Origin: a virus
Reading direction: 5' to 3' (one strand)
Virus record (IMG/VR): IMGVR_UViG_3300008110_010375
DNA length: 64,000 bases
The stretch's first letter is position 1, and the number at the start of each line of letters is the position of its first letter. Both the position numbers and the translations under genes were made by a program. This document shows positions 8,019 through 18,015 of this stretch, one piece after another. Under the pieces are notes generated by a model. It saw only the letters and a list, made by a program, of their open reading frames with translations. It was not told the origin of the DNA and did not search any database.

Positions 8019-9676
8019 CCAACAGGTTGATCTTCGTCACGTATAAGGGTGGAAACTGCGGCGACTTCTTCTGCTTCCTTTTGAATAAAGCACTGGGCAA
8101 CGTTGATCCTTCTTACCAAGACGACACGAATCGCTGCGTCTTTAAGAACACTGCCTTCATCGATCACGGCATCAAGGGACTCGAGGAAGTATTCAGGCGA
8201 TACAACGGGCACAAATACATCATGGCCATCGATCAGATGGATAGGACCGGCCTCGAATACTTAGACTGGACCAGAAGAATACACGACTTCTGCTACGATG
8301 AAGACCGAGATCAGTTCATTAGAAACGTGCGCGACTACATTGGTGCCAACTTACACGTTTACGATAGAAACACCGTCGCGAGCATACACTACTACGACTA
8401 CTTTGATGGATTCACTTTAGCTGACGTCTATCAGCCGTCGACCACGATTCAGCTGATGACTGAAGACCCGCTATGTCACGCGTACTTCTTCTACCTTGCG
8501 AGGTACAAGCAACGATTCAGACTAATAAGAAACGCACCTGATTGGTATGATTTCATGGACGATCCTCCTATGGTTAATAAGCTTCCCTGCGACGTGACCA
8601 TCGTCGACTCAGGCAAGCTGTTCTTCGGCTCGAGCTACGATGATGAAGCCGAATCGATCTTGACAGATTCGCTTGGAATTGAGGTTAAATTTGATAGAGA
8701 AGTGTTGAACGTCTACCGCCAAAGCAACGAAAAGATTTTAGTCGATGGTTTCGGTAAGAACTACAGGAATATGTCTCTTATCGAATTTAGGACTGCGCGA
8801 AAAAAGATCTTTGAAGAGAACGTGTCTGAGTTCGTCAAGCTTCGCAGCTCCTTGTCGATGAAAGACTATCCGCAAGACTTCAATGAATACACGCAGCTGT
8901 TCTTAAGGGAGATCGATGAATGGATAAGATCACACCGATTCGTCGAGTACTATGGACTCGAGCATTTCCCAAGAAGAGACGTGATCCTTGGGACGACACA
9001 CCAGCTCGACGAGATTCACTGGGCCCACAAGGGACGGATCGCCGTGATGAACGGCGAGTACAAGTATCACCGAAGGCTGACTGACTATAAAGTCAAGCAG
9101 GTCAGTCATCACAGCGAGCTCTTCGAGGGCGACGTATTCGTCGTGTCGATGCCGAGCTGCATAACAACGAACGGTCACAGAGACTTTGAAGACTTGCTCG
9201 ATCATTGCTTGGCAAAGAAGATCCCAATACACATTGATGGGGCGTGGTTCGGTCAGTGCAAGAACTTTGAGCTCGACGTCTCACATCCAGCCATCAAGTC
9301 GGTCAGCGTCAGTTTATCAAAAGCGCTCGGCATGGGCAGCAACAGGATAGGGATACGATACACGCGCGAGAAGGTGAACGGACCGATCTCAATCATGAAC
9401 GACTTCGGCTACGTAAACGTATCAGACATGTGGCTCGGCGTCGAGAGCATGCGTAGGTTCGGAGCCGACTTCTGGTGGAAGAACTACGGCGACCTATATT
9501 CTAAAGTGTGTGAAGACTTCAAGCTTGAGGAGACCGACAGTATACATCTCGGAAGGCGTGGTGGTAAATACTACGGGATTCGAACGCCGCTTAGGTTATT
9601 GATCGACGGAACGTTTGACATCCGCGGCACCGACGCTGGTCTCAATGATATCGAGAAGAATGAAAGAAATGATTGA
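8015..9676 (+). CDS. GxxGxF-family paralogue 2 fused to a PLP-dependent (fold type I) domain
   Basis: N-terminal YKGGNCGDF; C-terminal HIDGAW and SLSKALG...RIG PLP motifs. Confidence 0.7.
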   Translation: MTNRLIFVTYKGGNCGDFFCFLLNKALGNVDPSYQDDTNRCVFKNTAFIDHGIKGLEEVFRRYNGHKYIMAIDQMDRTGLEYLDWTRRIHDFCYDEDRDQFIRNVRDYIGANLHVYDRNTVASIHYYDYFDGFTLADVYQPSTTIQLMTEDPLCHAYFFYLARYKQRFRLIRNAPDWYDFMDDPPMVNKLPCDVTIVDSGKLFFGSSYDDEAESILTDSLGIEVKFDREVLNVYRQSNEKILVDGFGKNYRNMSLIEFRTARKKIFEENVSEFVKLRSSLSMKDYPQDFNEYTQLFLREIDEWIRSHRFVEYYGLEHFPRRDVILGTTHQLDEIHWAHKGRIAVMNGEYKYHRRLTDYKVKQVSHHSELFEGDVFVVSMPSCITTNGHRDFEDLLDHCLAKKIPIHIDGAWFGQCKNFELDVSHPAIKSVSVSLSKALGMGSNRIGIRYTREKVNGPISIMNDFGYVNVSDMWLGVESMRRFGADFWWKNYGDLYSKVCEDFKLEETDSIHLGRRGGKYYGIRTPLRLLIDGTFDIRGTDAGLNDIEKNERND

Positions 9677-10328
9677 CTTTGGAAGCTTTGACTTCGACCT
9701 TGACTTAAAATCATTCCAAGATGAAGCTGAGCTCGCGCTCAACGGTCCAAGCGCGAAGGTGACTGGATCGAAGGGCCTCAATAAGTTCTACAATGTCGAG
9801 GGCGAAAGCAGGCGAAAGCTTATCGAATACTTCGACAATCACTTCCTCAAGAAGCTGATATGGCACGTCGAGTACTTCAACTCAGGCGAGCCGGCAGGTC
9901 TGCACACCGACGGCGCCGTATACAACGAGGGGTGCAAGACTGTTGTCGGCGTCATCATACCTCTCGCCTATAACACACATAAAGTCCCCTACACGGTGAC
10001 TTACGATCGCGTTCAGACCGAGTACAGGAAGCTTATGTTTAAGAACGGTGACATGCGTTATCTTGACACCGGCGAAATAGTTGAATATCGCGATAAATAT
10101 GAGTATGATCTGCTTAGTTTAAAGCATAATCCAAAAGGTACGCTCTACTACAAACAGTATGCCGACCTCAAAGTGCATGAGGAGTATGAATGGAAACTTG
10201 GCACTATGCTGATATTTGACACCCAGCGGTGGCACAGCTCATCTTGGTTCCTTTCAACACCAGATCTTCCAGATCATCTTGGTGAATACAAGAGATCAAT
10301 CATAGCTTTCGGTGACATAAAAAAATGA
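9669..10328 (+). CDS. 2OG-Fe(II) oxygenase-like protein
   Basis: LHTD and distal IFDTQRWHSS facial-triad motifs. Confidence 0.6.
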   Translation: MIDFGSFDFDLDLKSFQDEAELALNGPSAKVTGSKGLNKFYNVEGESRRKLIEYFDNHFLKKLIWHVEYFNSGEPAGLHTDGAVYNEGCKTVVGVIIPLAYNTHKVPYTVTYDRVQTEYRKLMFKNGDMRYLDTGEIVEYRDKYEYDLLSLKHNPKGTLYYKQYADLKVHEEYEWKLGTMLIFDTQRWHSSSWFLSTPDLPDHLGEYKRSIIAFGDIKK

Positions 10329-11191
10329 ACAAAAGAATTCTTGTCAACTATCAAGGTGGATACTGCGGAAGTTTCTTCTGCGGTTTAATCGCGCGTGCGC
10401 TGGATGTAGACCATATTTTAGAACATGATAATAAGATCAACATATACTACTATAGCAATAAAGACATCAAGACGATGTATGTTAAGACCTTTGGAAAACT
10501 TTTTGACATACGAAAAGGAGTGATCTCAAAAGAAGAGCTTAATGAGATCACTGAAAAAAAGTTAGATGCGTGTTACGTATATGCTAAGAATTTATATAAA
10601 ATTGTCGACGATGAAGATGAACAAGCATTTATTGAAAACATTAAAAGTTACTTTTCTGATTTAATGACTCTACAGAAGAGCGAGTATCTTATTGCGTCTA
10701 TTCATTACGCTTATAGATATAAAGACGTTGACATTCACGACATCTTTCCTGGTTCTACTATTCTTCATATCGTTACAGAAAACAAAAGACACGCAAGGTA
10801 TTTTCACCTTCTATATCACTATAAAACAAAAGACGATGAAACCGATAAAGTGCTTCAAAAAAATACTCTTACGTTGGAACAGATAAAGAAAGATTTTATT
10901 GATGTAATATCGCCCTCACCGTTTGATGACTCTTCTATTCATGTTGACATGGGTAAACTTATCTTTAACAGAGACTATGATCACTTCTCAGAGATTGAAC
11001 GTAAACTTTCTGAATCAATAGGAAAGTCCGTTGTGTTAGACAGAACCAAATTTTATGAATACGCCGATAGAAACATCGATATCATCAAAGGGATTTTAGG
11101 CGACGACTTCATGCAACAAACTGAGAAAGTTCAGATAGAGAAGTCGATCAAATTCATAGAAGGCGAAGTGCGTGTTAAGCGTCAACGATAA
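10325..11191 (+). CDS. GxxGxF-family paralogue 3 (AT-rich)
   Basis: YQGGYCGSF, SIHY, DMGKLIF. Confidence 0.7.
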   Translation: MNKRILVNYQGGYCGSFFCGLIARALDVDHILEHDNKINIYYYSNKDIKTMYVKTFGKLFDIRKGVISKEELNEITEKKLDACYVYAKNLYKIVDDEDEQAFIENIKSYFSDLMTLQKSEYLIASIHYAYRYKDVDIHDIFPGSTILHIVTENKRHARYFHLLYHYKTKDDETDKVLQKNTLTLEQIKKDFIDVISPSPFDDSSIHVDMGKLIFNRDYDHFSEIERKLSESIGKSVVLDRTKFYEYADRNIDIIKGILGDDFMQQTEKVQIEKSIKFIEGEVRVKRQR

Positions 11192-12032
11192 AACGCTAGT
11201 TGTCGTAGGATATTACGGTGGCTACGGCGGTTCGTTCTTCGCTAATATCTTAAGGAAAAGCATAGATTATAACTCGCCGCAGTTCACGCCTATAAACGAT
11301 AAGAATGAATATGGATTTGATACTCGTGTTCTTGGAATTGAAAGATATACTATAAACACACTGATGAAAGCCTATGATCAAGGCTTCGATGTACTTCTGA
11401 ACATTAAACTTTTTGAAAACACCGGCAATAAAGAAGACGCTGAGTTCGGTAAACTGGTGAAGAGGATGTACATAGATTGCTACGACAATGATCGTTCGGT
11501 GTTTTGTAGAAATCTGACGTTGTATCTTAAAAAAAGACTTAGACTTAAAGACGGATACAACGTAATTAACTCACATTATTCTAGAAAATTTAGTGGTTTT
11601 AGCATATACGATGTATATGATAAAACAATATTTTTTCTCTTAAGCTCCGAACACTCCATGCGATCAAAGCATCATTTACTTTTCGAAATGCTCATGGACT
11701 GTAAGAAAGATCGCTTCAGCTATCCAGAATTAATTAAACAGAGCTTGAACTCGTTAGATGGTAAGATAGAGCCTCCAAAACCATTTGATTCCTGTGTTTT
11801 ATTGGATGTTGGAAAGTTGTTTCTACAAACTAAAAACAATGGAATCGAAGAAATAGAACGTATCTTATCTGAGTCTTTGAATATGAAAATAAACCTTGAC
11901 AAAGAGGCGATTGTCGAATATACTAATTCAAATATAAAGCTTTTGAACAATTTTCTAGGCATAGAAATAGAAGACGCCAGCTTTGACGATGTTAAACAAG
12001 CTATAAAAAACAAGCTAAAATCACTGATATAA
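11172..12032 (+). CDS. GxxGxF-family paralogue 4 (AT-rich)
   Basis: YYGGYGGSF, CYDNDRSVF, NSHY, DVGKLF. Confidence 0.7.
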   Translation: MLSVNDKTLVVVGYYGGYGGSFFANILRKSIDYNSPQFTPINDKNEYGFDTRVLGIERYTINTLMKAYDQGFDVLLNIKLFENTGNKEDAEFGKLVKRMYIDCYDNDRSVFCRNLTLYLKKRLRLKDGYNVINSHYSRKFSGFSIYDVYDKTIFFLLSSEHSMRSKHHLLFEMLMDCKKDRFSYPELIKQSLNSLDGKIEPPKPFDSCVLLDVGKLFLQTKNNGIEEIERILSESLNMKINLDKEAIVEYTNSNIKLLNNFLGIEIEDASFDDVKQAIKNKLKSLI

Positions 12033-12035
12033 ATA
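12028..12035 (+). promoter_or_regulatory. late promoter TATAAATA
   Basis: exact motif upstream of the lytic transglycosylase. Confidence 0.7.
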
Positions 12036-12107
12036 ATCTACCTCGTCTTCTCTTGACGGGAGAAATGCACCGCTGATGAAGCCGTGCATCAATGCTAAGG
12101 AGAAAAA

Positions 12108-12545
12108 ATGAAGAAACTAATAGTGGCTCTGGCAACGGGGCTAAGTATTATCGTTTCTGCATCAACCACACAAGCGCAAGACTCCGAAAAGATACAAACG
12201 CTGATTCAGAAATACGCCGCACAATACAACGTTCCAATACACTTTGCAGACTCGATTATCTTTGTAGAATCAAGATACAACCCGACGGTCAGAGGACAAA
12301 AGGGTGAGTATGGCTTAGGGCAGATACTCTGCTCAACCGCCAAAGGTCTTGGTCTAAAGAAAAAATGCGACTCGTTGAAAGACCCTGAAGTAAACTTACA
12401 GTACACGATGATGTACTTAAGATGGGCGCTCGATGAGTCAAACAACGACCTGTGCCACGCCGCCGCGATATACAGCAGCGGAAGCACCTATAAACCTAAG
12501 AAGCCTACACCATACTGTAGGTTGGTCATGGCACGGATGAATTGA
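12108..12545 (+). CDS. SLT lytic transglycosylase with signal peptide (candidate endolysin)
   Basis: IIFVESRYNP, GLGQI motifs. Confidence 0.85.
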   Translation: MKKLIVALATGLSIIVSASTTQAQDSEKIQTLIQKYAAQYNVPIHFADSIIFVESRYNPTVRGQKGEYGLGQILCSTAKGLGLKKKCDSLKDPEVNLQYTMMYLRWALDESNNDLCHAAAIYSSGSTYKPKKPTPYCRLVMARMN

Positions 12546-13099
12546 TGATTGAATTCAAAAGGGCGTTTGAAGCTAGCGGTACGACCAAGAAGAATCACGG
12601 GTACCATGACTTCTACGCTCAGATGCTTAACGGGGTAGACGTCGACTCAGTTCTTGAGATCGGTGTCTACCTCGGACAATCACTTAAAGCTTGGAAGATG
12701 ATCTGGCCAGAAGCCACGATCGAAGCGGTCGACTACGACATGCGATTCGGCGCCGACGTCGCCGAGCAATTCAACATCTACACGTTCGACTCAAGATCCA
12801 AGGAGTCGACAGACAGGTACATCAAGCGTCAGTACGACGTAGTGATCGACGACGGTCTTCACCACTGGGCGGCTCAGCTTCAAACGTTCGACAACTTCAA
12901 GCGATTCGCCAAGAAGTTCTACGTCATCGAGGACATCACCGGCGAGTACTCGCAAAAGATGCTTCTCGACAATATTCCCAAAGACGTGTTGGATCGATCG
13001 ACGCTCTTTGTAGCCTACGGTCCAACGCGAACCTTTAGGCACGGAAGCTACGTTGAACAAAACGCTCAATACAGGGTACTTTTTATAGACTTGCGTTAA
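12542..13099 (+). CDS. class I SAM-dependent methyltransferase
   Basis: VLEIGVYLGQS, DVVIDDGLH, YVIEDI. Confidence 0.85.
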   Translation: MMIEFKRAFEASGTTKKNHGYHDFYAQMLNGVDVDSVLEIGVYLGQSLKAWKMIWPEATIEAVDYDMRFGADVAEQFNIYTFDSRSKESTDRYIKRQYDVVIDDGLHHWAAQLQTFDNFKRFAKKFYVIEDITGEYSQKMLLDNIPKDVLDRSTLFVAYGPTRTFRHGSYVEQNAQYRVLFIDLR

Positions 13100-13158
13100 A
13101 TAAACCACTCAGCGATGAGGTCTTAATGTTTTACATCTATCCAGAGAAAGAAAGAAAA

Positions 13159-13524
13159 ATGAATCACAGCACTTGGGGTTACCACCTTCTTCTCGACTGC
13201 ACCGCCGGCGACAAAGAGCTCATCTCATCGAAGCAAAACGTGCGCGAGTTCATCACCGAGCTCGTTTGGGCCATCGACATGGTGGCTTTCGGCGACCCAT
13301 GGATCGAGCGCTTCGCGACTCACTCTGCCGACAAAGCCGGCATCAGCTTCTGCCAGATGATCGAGACGTCGAACATCACCGGCCACTTCTGTGAGAACGA
13401 CGGAAACTTCTACATCGACATCTTCAGCTGCAAGCCCTACGCCGCGGAGACCGCGATGGAAGTCGTCGATAAGTACTTCAAGCCTACTAAGATTCGTCAG
13501 CACTACATCTCACGCGACGCCTGA
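13159..13524 (+). CDS. speD: S-adenosylmethionine decarboxylase proenzyme
   Basis: GYHLLLD, IETSNITGH cleavage motif, YIDIFSCK. Confidence 0.85.
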   Translation: MNHSTWGYHLLLDCTAGDKELISSKQNVREFITELVWAIDMVAFGDPWIERFATHSADKAGISFCQMIETSNITGHFCENDGNFYIDIFSCKPYAAETAMEVVDKYFKPTKIRQHYISRDA

Positions 13525-13539
13525 TTAGAAAGATTTGTT

Positions 13540-14112
13540 ATGAGCATTCCAGTGAACTACGGTCCAATGACAGAGATACAGATGCAGCCGGACGAGGTGA
13601 ACTACATCACCGGCTGCATTCAAAGCATGCCCAGCGACGGGCTCATGGTTGAGTGGGGATCGGGAGGATCCTCGGTCAAATGGCTTGAGACTATGACGGG
13701 AGACCAGCAGCTTGTGTCGATCGAACACAACCCGTCGTGGCACATGAAGGTGAGCGAGTACGTCAACACCCGCCCCGAGCTCAACGCGCGTTTCACCTAT
13801 ATGTTCAAACCTGAGCTGTTTGGCTACGAACACGGATACGCACAGATCGCAGAAGAACACCCGTTTGGTCTCGACGACTACATGTGGCCGAGCCACCCGC
13901 GCATCAAGCTGTCGGACGGCGACGTCTACTTGGTCGATGGGATCGCGCGCGGAGCGACGGCTCTTCTTGTCAAGTTGCTTTCGTCGAAGGAGGATCCGGT
14001 CATCTTCATCCACGACTACTACGGTGGACGCGAGAACTGGTACTCATGGGCTACCAAGCACTTCCACCGAGTTGAGAAAGTCGGTCACACCCTCGCGAGA
14101 CTCTACAAATGA
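13540..14112 (+). CDS. methyltransferase-like protein
   Basis: VEWGSGGSS, SIEHN, LVDG..R, IHDY. Confidence 0.75.
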   Translation: MSIPVNYGPMTEIQMQPDEVNYITGCIQSMPSDGLMVEWGSGGSSVKWLETMTGDQQLVSIEHNPSWHMKVSEYVNTRPELNARFTYMFKPELFGYEHGYAQIAEEHPFGLDDYMWPSHPRIKLSDGDVYLVDGIARGATALLVKLLSSKEDPVIFIHDYYGGRENWYSWATKHFHRVEKVGHTLARLYK

Positions 14113-14618
14113 AGGTGAACATCGGCCGATACCCTAAGTCGCACAGCAAGAATCGCATGATCAAGGTTCAGATCGATCCGTGGGACACTTGGTCGATGGA
14201 TCACACCCTAGCTCACATCATCCATCCGATGCTCGTTCAGCTCCATGAAACTAAGCATGGTTCTCCCAACGTCGACGACGACGATGTTCCGGACGAGCTT
14301 AAGTCGACGTCGGCGCCTGAACCGAAAGACGAGTTCGCCACCGACGACAACCATCACAAGCGCTGGGACTGGGTCTTAGAGGAGATGATCTGGTCATTCG
14401 CTCAGGTCATCGACAACGACGCAGACGATCAGTTCTACAGCGGTAAGGCCGACATCAAGTTTGAAAAGAAGAAGTTGAACGGCAAAGTGCTTTATGAGAT
14501 GGTGAAGGGACCAAACGACACTTTTGTATTCGACAAAGAAGGCTGGGAGAAGTGGAATGCAAGGAAACAAAACGGGTTCAGGCTCTTCGGCAAATACTAC
14601 CAAGCGCTCTGGGACTAA
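14109..14618 (+). CDS. conserved phage hypothetical protein
   Basis: DTWSMDHTLA...GFRLFGKYYQALWD. Confidence 0.75.
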   Translation: MKVNIGRYPKSHSKNRMIKVQIDPWDTWSMDHTLAHIIHPMLVQLHETKHGSPNVDDDDVPDELKSTSAPEPKDEFATDDNHHKRWDWVLEEMIWSFAQVIDNDADDQFYSGKADIKFEKKKLNGKVLYEMVKGPNDTFVFDKEGWEKWNARKQNGFRLFGKYYQALWD

Positions 14619-14746
14619 CCACAACTACTCCGTCGACGTACTAAAGAAGACGCTCTTTCAAGACGAGCTCGCTTTGGCGATGGCGAGAAGCGAGCGGGAC
14701 GAAGTGGTGTTCTATCTTACGAAGAGAATAAGAGAATTGATTGAGT

Positions 14747-15406
14747 CTACGAGTCAATGAACTCGTGATGGTCTAAGTAGAACTGACCAACCAGACTCTT
14801 GTCCTTCGGCATCATAGGGTCGTCGGGACCATCCCACCTCGTCGACTTCTTAACCATGAAGTGGATGTTCTTTGAATGCGCGAGATCACGGGCCTTTTCT
14901 ATGTCTTGTTCATTGAACGAGAATGGAATGTACTGCCACCGAACTCGAACGTCGAATTCCTTCGAGCCCATCTCGAGAATCTCGATGACCTGCTCGAAGT
15001 CGCTCTCCGTAAAGTTGACGCGATAACCCCCGGCGCTACCATAGTATCCATCAACAGCGAAGCTTACTTGGTCGTCAATATCGAGCATTGCGAAGAGTTC
15101 GCGAAAGAATTCTTTAGATTTACCGGATCCATTGGTCGAGATCCAGATGACTTTCCCAGCAGCTTTGAGACGCTTGACTACCTCGAGAAAATTGGGGTGG
15201 TATATCGGGTCACCGTAAGAACCGGAGAGGATGATCTTGTCGAAGGCGGAAGCGCAGTAGAAGTCAACGAGCTCCATCGTCATGTCGACGTTCGCGAGCT
15301 TCTCCTTCTTCTTCATGAGCGTTCGCTCACACTTAGGGCATTCGAGGCGGCATCTAGTGGTAAGCTCGAGGGCGGCGGTCTTAACCATACTCGACCTCCT
15401 GTCCAT
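14747..15406 (-). CDS. radical SAM protein (short, no SPASM domain)
   Basis: CRLECPKC, GDP, STNG. Confidence 0.85.
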   Translation of the reverse strand: MDRRSSMVKTAALELTTRCRLECPKCERTLMKKKEKLANVDMTMELVDFYCASAFDKIILSGSYGDPIYHPNFLEVVKRLKAAGKVIWISTNGSGKSKEFFRELFAMLDIDDQVSFAVDGYYGSAGGYRVNFTESDFEQVIEILEMGSKEFDVRVRWQYIPFSFNEQDIEKARDLAHSKNIHFMVKKSTRWDGPDDPMMPKDKSLVGQFYLDHHEFIDS

Positions 15407-15728
15407 TAGTGATCATAAACGGGTTGTCTTTTCCGGCGTCTACCACCTGCTTTGAGCACTTGAGTCTGCAGAACTTTGGAGCCTCAGTCGCTCCAGACTC
15501 TATGTCTCCGATCCACTTCAAGAAAGCGGGATGCTTATGGAAGCTGCCTATGTCTTTCGCAGACTTTATCCTGAAGTCTTCGCCTGAGAAGATCAGCTCG
15601 TTGAACCTAGAGTCGTATTGAGGGACGTTGCAGCAGGGAACCCAATGACCCGTAGCCGTTATCTGGTGCTCCGAGTCGTTCCTGCACTTTGGGATTATCT
15701 GAGAGTTTCGCATAATAACCATTGACAT
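15381..15728 (-). CDS. stand-alone SPASM/twitch Fe-S domain protein
   Basis: PKC...ITATGHWVPCC...CRLKC. Confidence 0.7.
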   Translation of the reverse strand: MSMVIMRNSQIIPKCRNDSEHQITATGHWVPCCNVPQYDSRFNELIFSGEDFRIKSAKDIGSFHKHPAFLKWIGDIESGATEAPKFCRLKCSKQVVDAGKDNPFMITNGQEVEYG

Positions 15729-15750
15729 TTACCACTAAACTATATATATT
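15722..15750 (+). promoter_or_regulatory. sigma70-type promoter
   Basis: TTGACA-17-TATATT. Confidence 0.65.
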
Positions 15751-15769
15751 TGGACTATGGAGGTAGACC

Positions 15770-16030
15770 ATGGCATACGTAACGACGAGTGTAGATGTAG
15801 AAGTTTATCTGGAAAAGTTCGATGACGATGATCTCGTAAACGAGGTCAGAAGTCGCGGATACGAGGTATTCAACAAAAATGAAGTCAGCAATGTAAAAAC
15901 TAGCGATACCAGTCACTATGATAAATCTATAAGCGATCTCTACAACACTTATATGACTTGCTCACCGGAACTCTTTAATAGAGAACTAAAAAAGTTCTTC
16001 CGTGAGTATCTAGACGTAGCTTTCATATAA
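15770..16030 (+). CDS. hypothetical protein
   Basis: GGAGG SD. Confidence 0.7.
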   Translation: MAYVTTSVDVEVYLEKFDDDDLVNEVRSRGYEVFNKNEVSNVKTSDTSHYDKSISDLYNTYMTCSPELFNRELKKFFREYLDVAFI

Positions 16031-16035
16031 GCCAG

Positions 16036-17361
16036 ATGAAAGATGTTGACAAGTTCTTAAGCACTAAGAAACAATTGGACTCAATCAGTCCATCGATGTG
16101 CTATGCAAAGTGGTCGCAGGTTTCAGTAAAGCTCGGCGACGGCTTCACGCATTCATGTCATCATCCTAAGACGCATAAGATACCCCTCTCTGAAATAGAG
16201 AATAACCCATCGGCTCTTCACAATACTAAATATAAAAAAGAAGCGCGTCGTCAGATGATTGATGGCGTCAGGCCTAAAGAGTGTACATACTGTTGGATAG
16301 CAGAAGACTCTACAAAAGACGAAAACACTTTTAGCGATAGGATCAAAAAAAGCTCATATGATTGGTCAGCGGCGCTAGTTGATAAGATCGTAGCTGATCC
16401 ACACGCCGACATCAATCCATCTTTCATAGAGCTAAGCTTCAATAACACGTGTAACATGAAGTGCAGCTACTGCAGCCCAACGTATAGCTCGAAGTGGGCT
16501 GAGGAGGTAAAGCAGCACGGAGGCTATCCAACATCTTCCAACTTCAACGGAATCGACGTTTCAAAGCTTGTGAAGCAGAGGGACTACAATCCATACATCG
16601 AAGCTTTTTGGAAGTGGTGGCCTGAGCTGAGCAAAGACTTAAAAGTCTTAAGGATCACCGGAGGCGAGCCGCTTCTGTCTAAAAACACCTTTGACTTGAT
16701 CGACATGCTGATCGATGATCCAAAGTCCGACCTAGAGCTTAGGATCAACACGAACCTCAGCGTACCCAATGAGCTCATCGATAAGTTCATAGATAAGATG
16801 CAGCGCGTTCGATTGGCTAAAAAGAGAGTCTTCACCAGCTGCGAGGCGTACGGCGAGAAAGCCGAGTACATCAGGTTTGGTTTGAACTATCAGAAGTGGC
16901 ATGAAAACTGTGAGAAGATCTTACGAAGCCTGCCTGACTGCAGTCTTCAGATCATGAGCGCCTACAACGCTTTATGCACTACCAGCTTTGACGACTTTAT
17001 AAAAGACTTACTTTCGTTCAAAGGTAGAAACAACTTCTACGTAGATGTAGCTTTCGTGACGGATCCGTATCATCAATCTATTTTCATACTCGACGAATCG
17101 TTTGATCGATTCTTTAAAGATCACATCGAGACTTTTGAACGACACGGATTCTCAGCGCCTGAGACTAACAACGTCAAGCGAATCTACGACGTCTATAAGA
17201 ATAGAAACAGTCATCCGGCCGCTGACGTAAAGAGGGGAAGGAAAGACTTTGTTAAGTTCATAGATGAGCACGACGCTAGGAGAGGCACTGATTTTTTTAC
17301 GACTTTTCCTGAGATGGAAAAGTTCTACATCGACTGCATGAATAGAATGATCGGAGAATAA
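16036..17361 (+). CDS. N-terminal twitch-domain radical SAM protein
   Basis: CYAKW..SCHH..CTYC, CNMKCSYC, GGEP. Confidence 0.9.
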   Translation: MKDVDKFLSTKKQLDSISPSMCYAKWSQVSVKLGDGFTHSCHHPKTHKIPLSEIENNPSALHNTKYKKEARRQMIDGVRPKECTYCWIAEDSTKDENTFSDRIKKSSYDWSAALVDKIVADPHADINPSFIELSFNNTCNMKCSYCSPTYSSKWAEEVKQHGGYPTSSNFNGIDVSKLVKQRDYNPYIEAFWKWWPELSKDLKVLRITGGEPLLSKNTFDLIDMLIDDPKSDLELRINTNLSVPNELIDKFIDKMQRVRLAKKRVFTSCEAYGEKAEYIRFGLNYQKWHENCEKILRSLPDCSLQIMSAYNALCTTSFDDFIKDLLSFKGRNNFYVDVAFVTDPYHQSIFILDESFDRFFKDHIETFERHGFSAPETNNVKRIYDVYKNRNSHPAADVKRGRKDFVKFIDEHDARRGTDFFTTFPEMEKFYIDCMNRMIGE

Positions 17362-18015
17362 ATGAGAGCCAACATAGTAGCGTATACGAAGTCAGAGAGC
17401 TCGACGCTCGATGAGTTCGTCGCATACGTCGCGAGGGTGTCTAACCCATCGAACCAGCACAACGCACAGACTTCTTCGAAGCTGATTAAATACTTGATCG
17501 ATCATCAGCACTGGTCGCCTTTTGAGATGGCACACATCACGATGGAGATAAACACTACCCGTGATATCGCGCGTCAAATCCTCAGGCACAGGTCGTTCTC
17601 GTTTCAAGAGTTCTCGCAAAGGTACGCCGACCCGACCTCGACCCTCGGCTTCACATCCAGAGAAGCCCGTCTCCAAGATACACGAAATCGCCAGAATTCG
17701 ATACACACAGACGATGAATCTCTACAGGGAGAGTGGAGACTCAAGCAGCGAGAAATCATCGAGCAATCGTTTGAAGTCTATAGCTGGGCTATTCAAAACG
17801 GAGTCGCCAAAGAACAGGCTCGAGCAGTTCTCCCTGAAGGCCTCACCCTATCTCGTCTTTATATGGCTGGCTCTCTGCGCTCTTGGATTCATTATTGCCA
17901 GCTTCGAATGAAGAAGGATACGCAGAAGGAGCACCGCGAGGTGGCCACCGACTGCTGGTATGAATTGATCCGCATCTGCCCCTCACTGAAAGATTTGAAC
18001 CTCATCGCGCCATGA
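17362..18015 (+). CDS. thyX: FAD-dependent thymidylate synthase
   Basis: HWSPFE, RHRSFSFQEFSQRY. Confidence 0.97.
   Translation: MRANIVAYTKSESSTLDEFVAYVARVSNPSNQHNAQTSSKLIKYLIDHQHWSPFEMAHITMEINTTRDIARQILRHRSFSFQEFSQRYADPTSTLGFTSREARLQDTRNRQNSIHTDDESLQGEWRLKQREIIEQSFEVYSWAIQNGVAKEQARAVLPEGLTLSRLYMAGSLRSWIHYCQLRMKKDTQKEHREVATDCWYELIRICPSLKDLNLIAP

Noticed and set aside
12036-12107. CTGATGA in hairpins upstream of the SLT gene, possible hammerhead ribozyme
   Set aside because: No properly placed stem II-GAAA or stem III; more likely a structured 5' UTR
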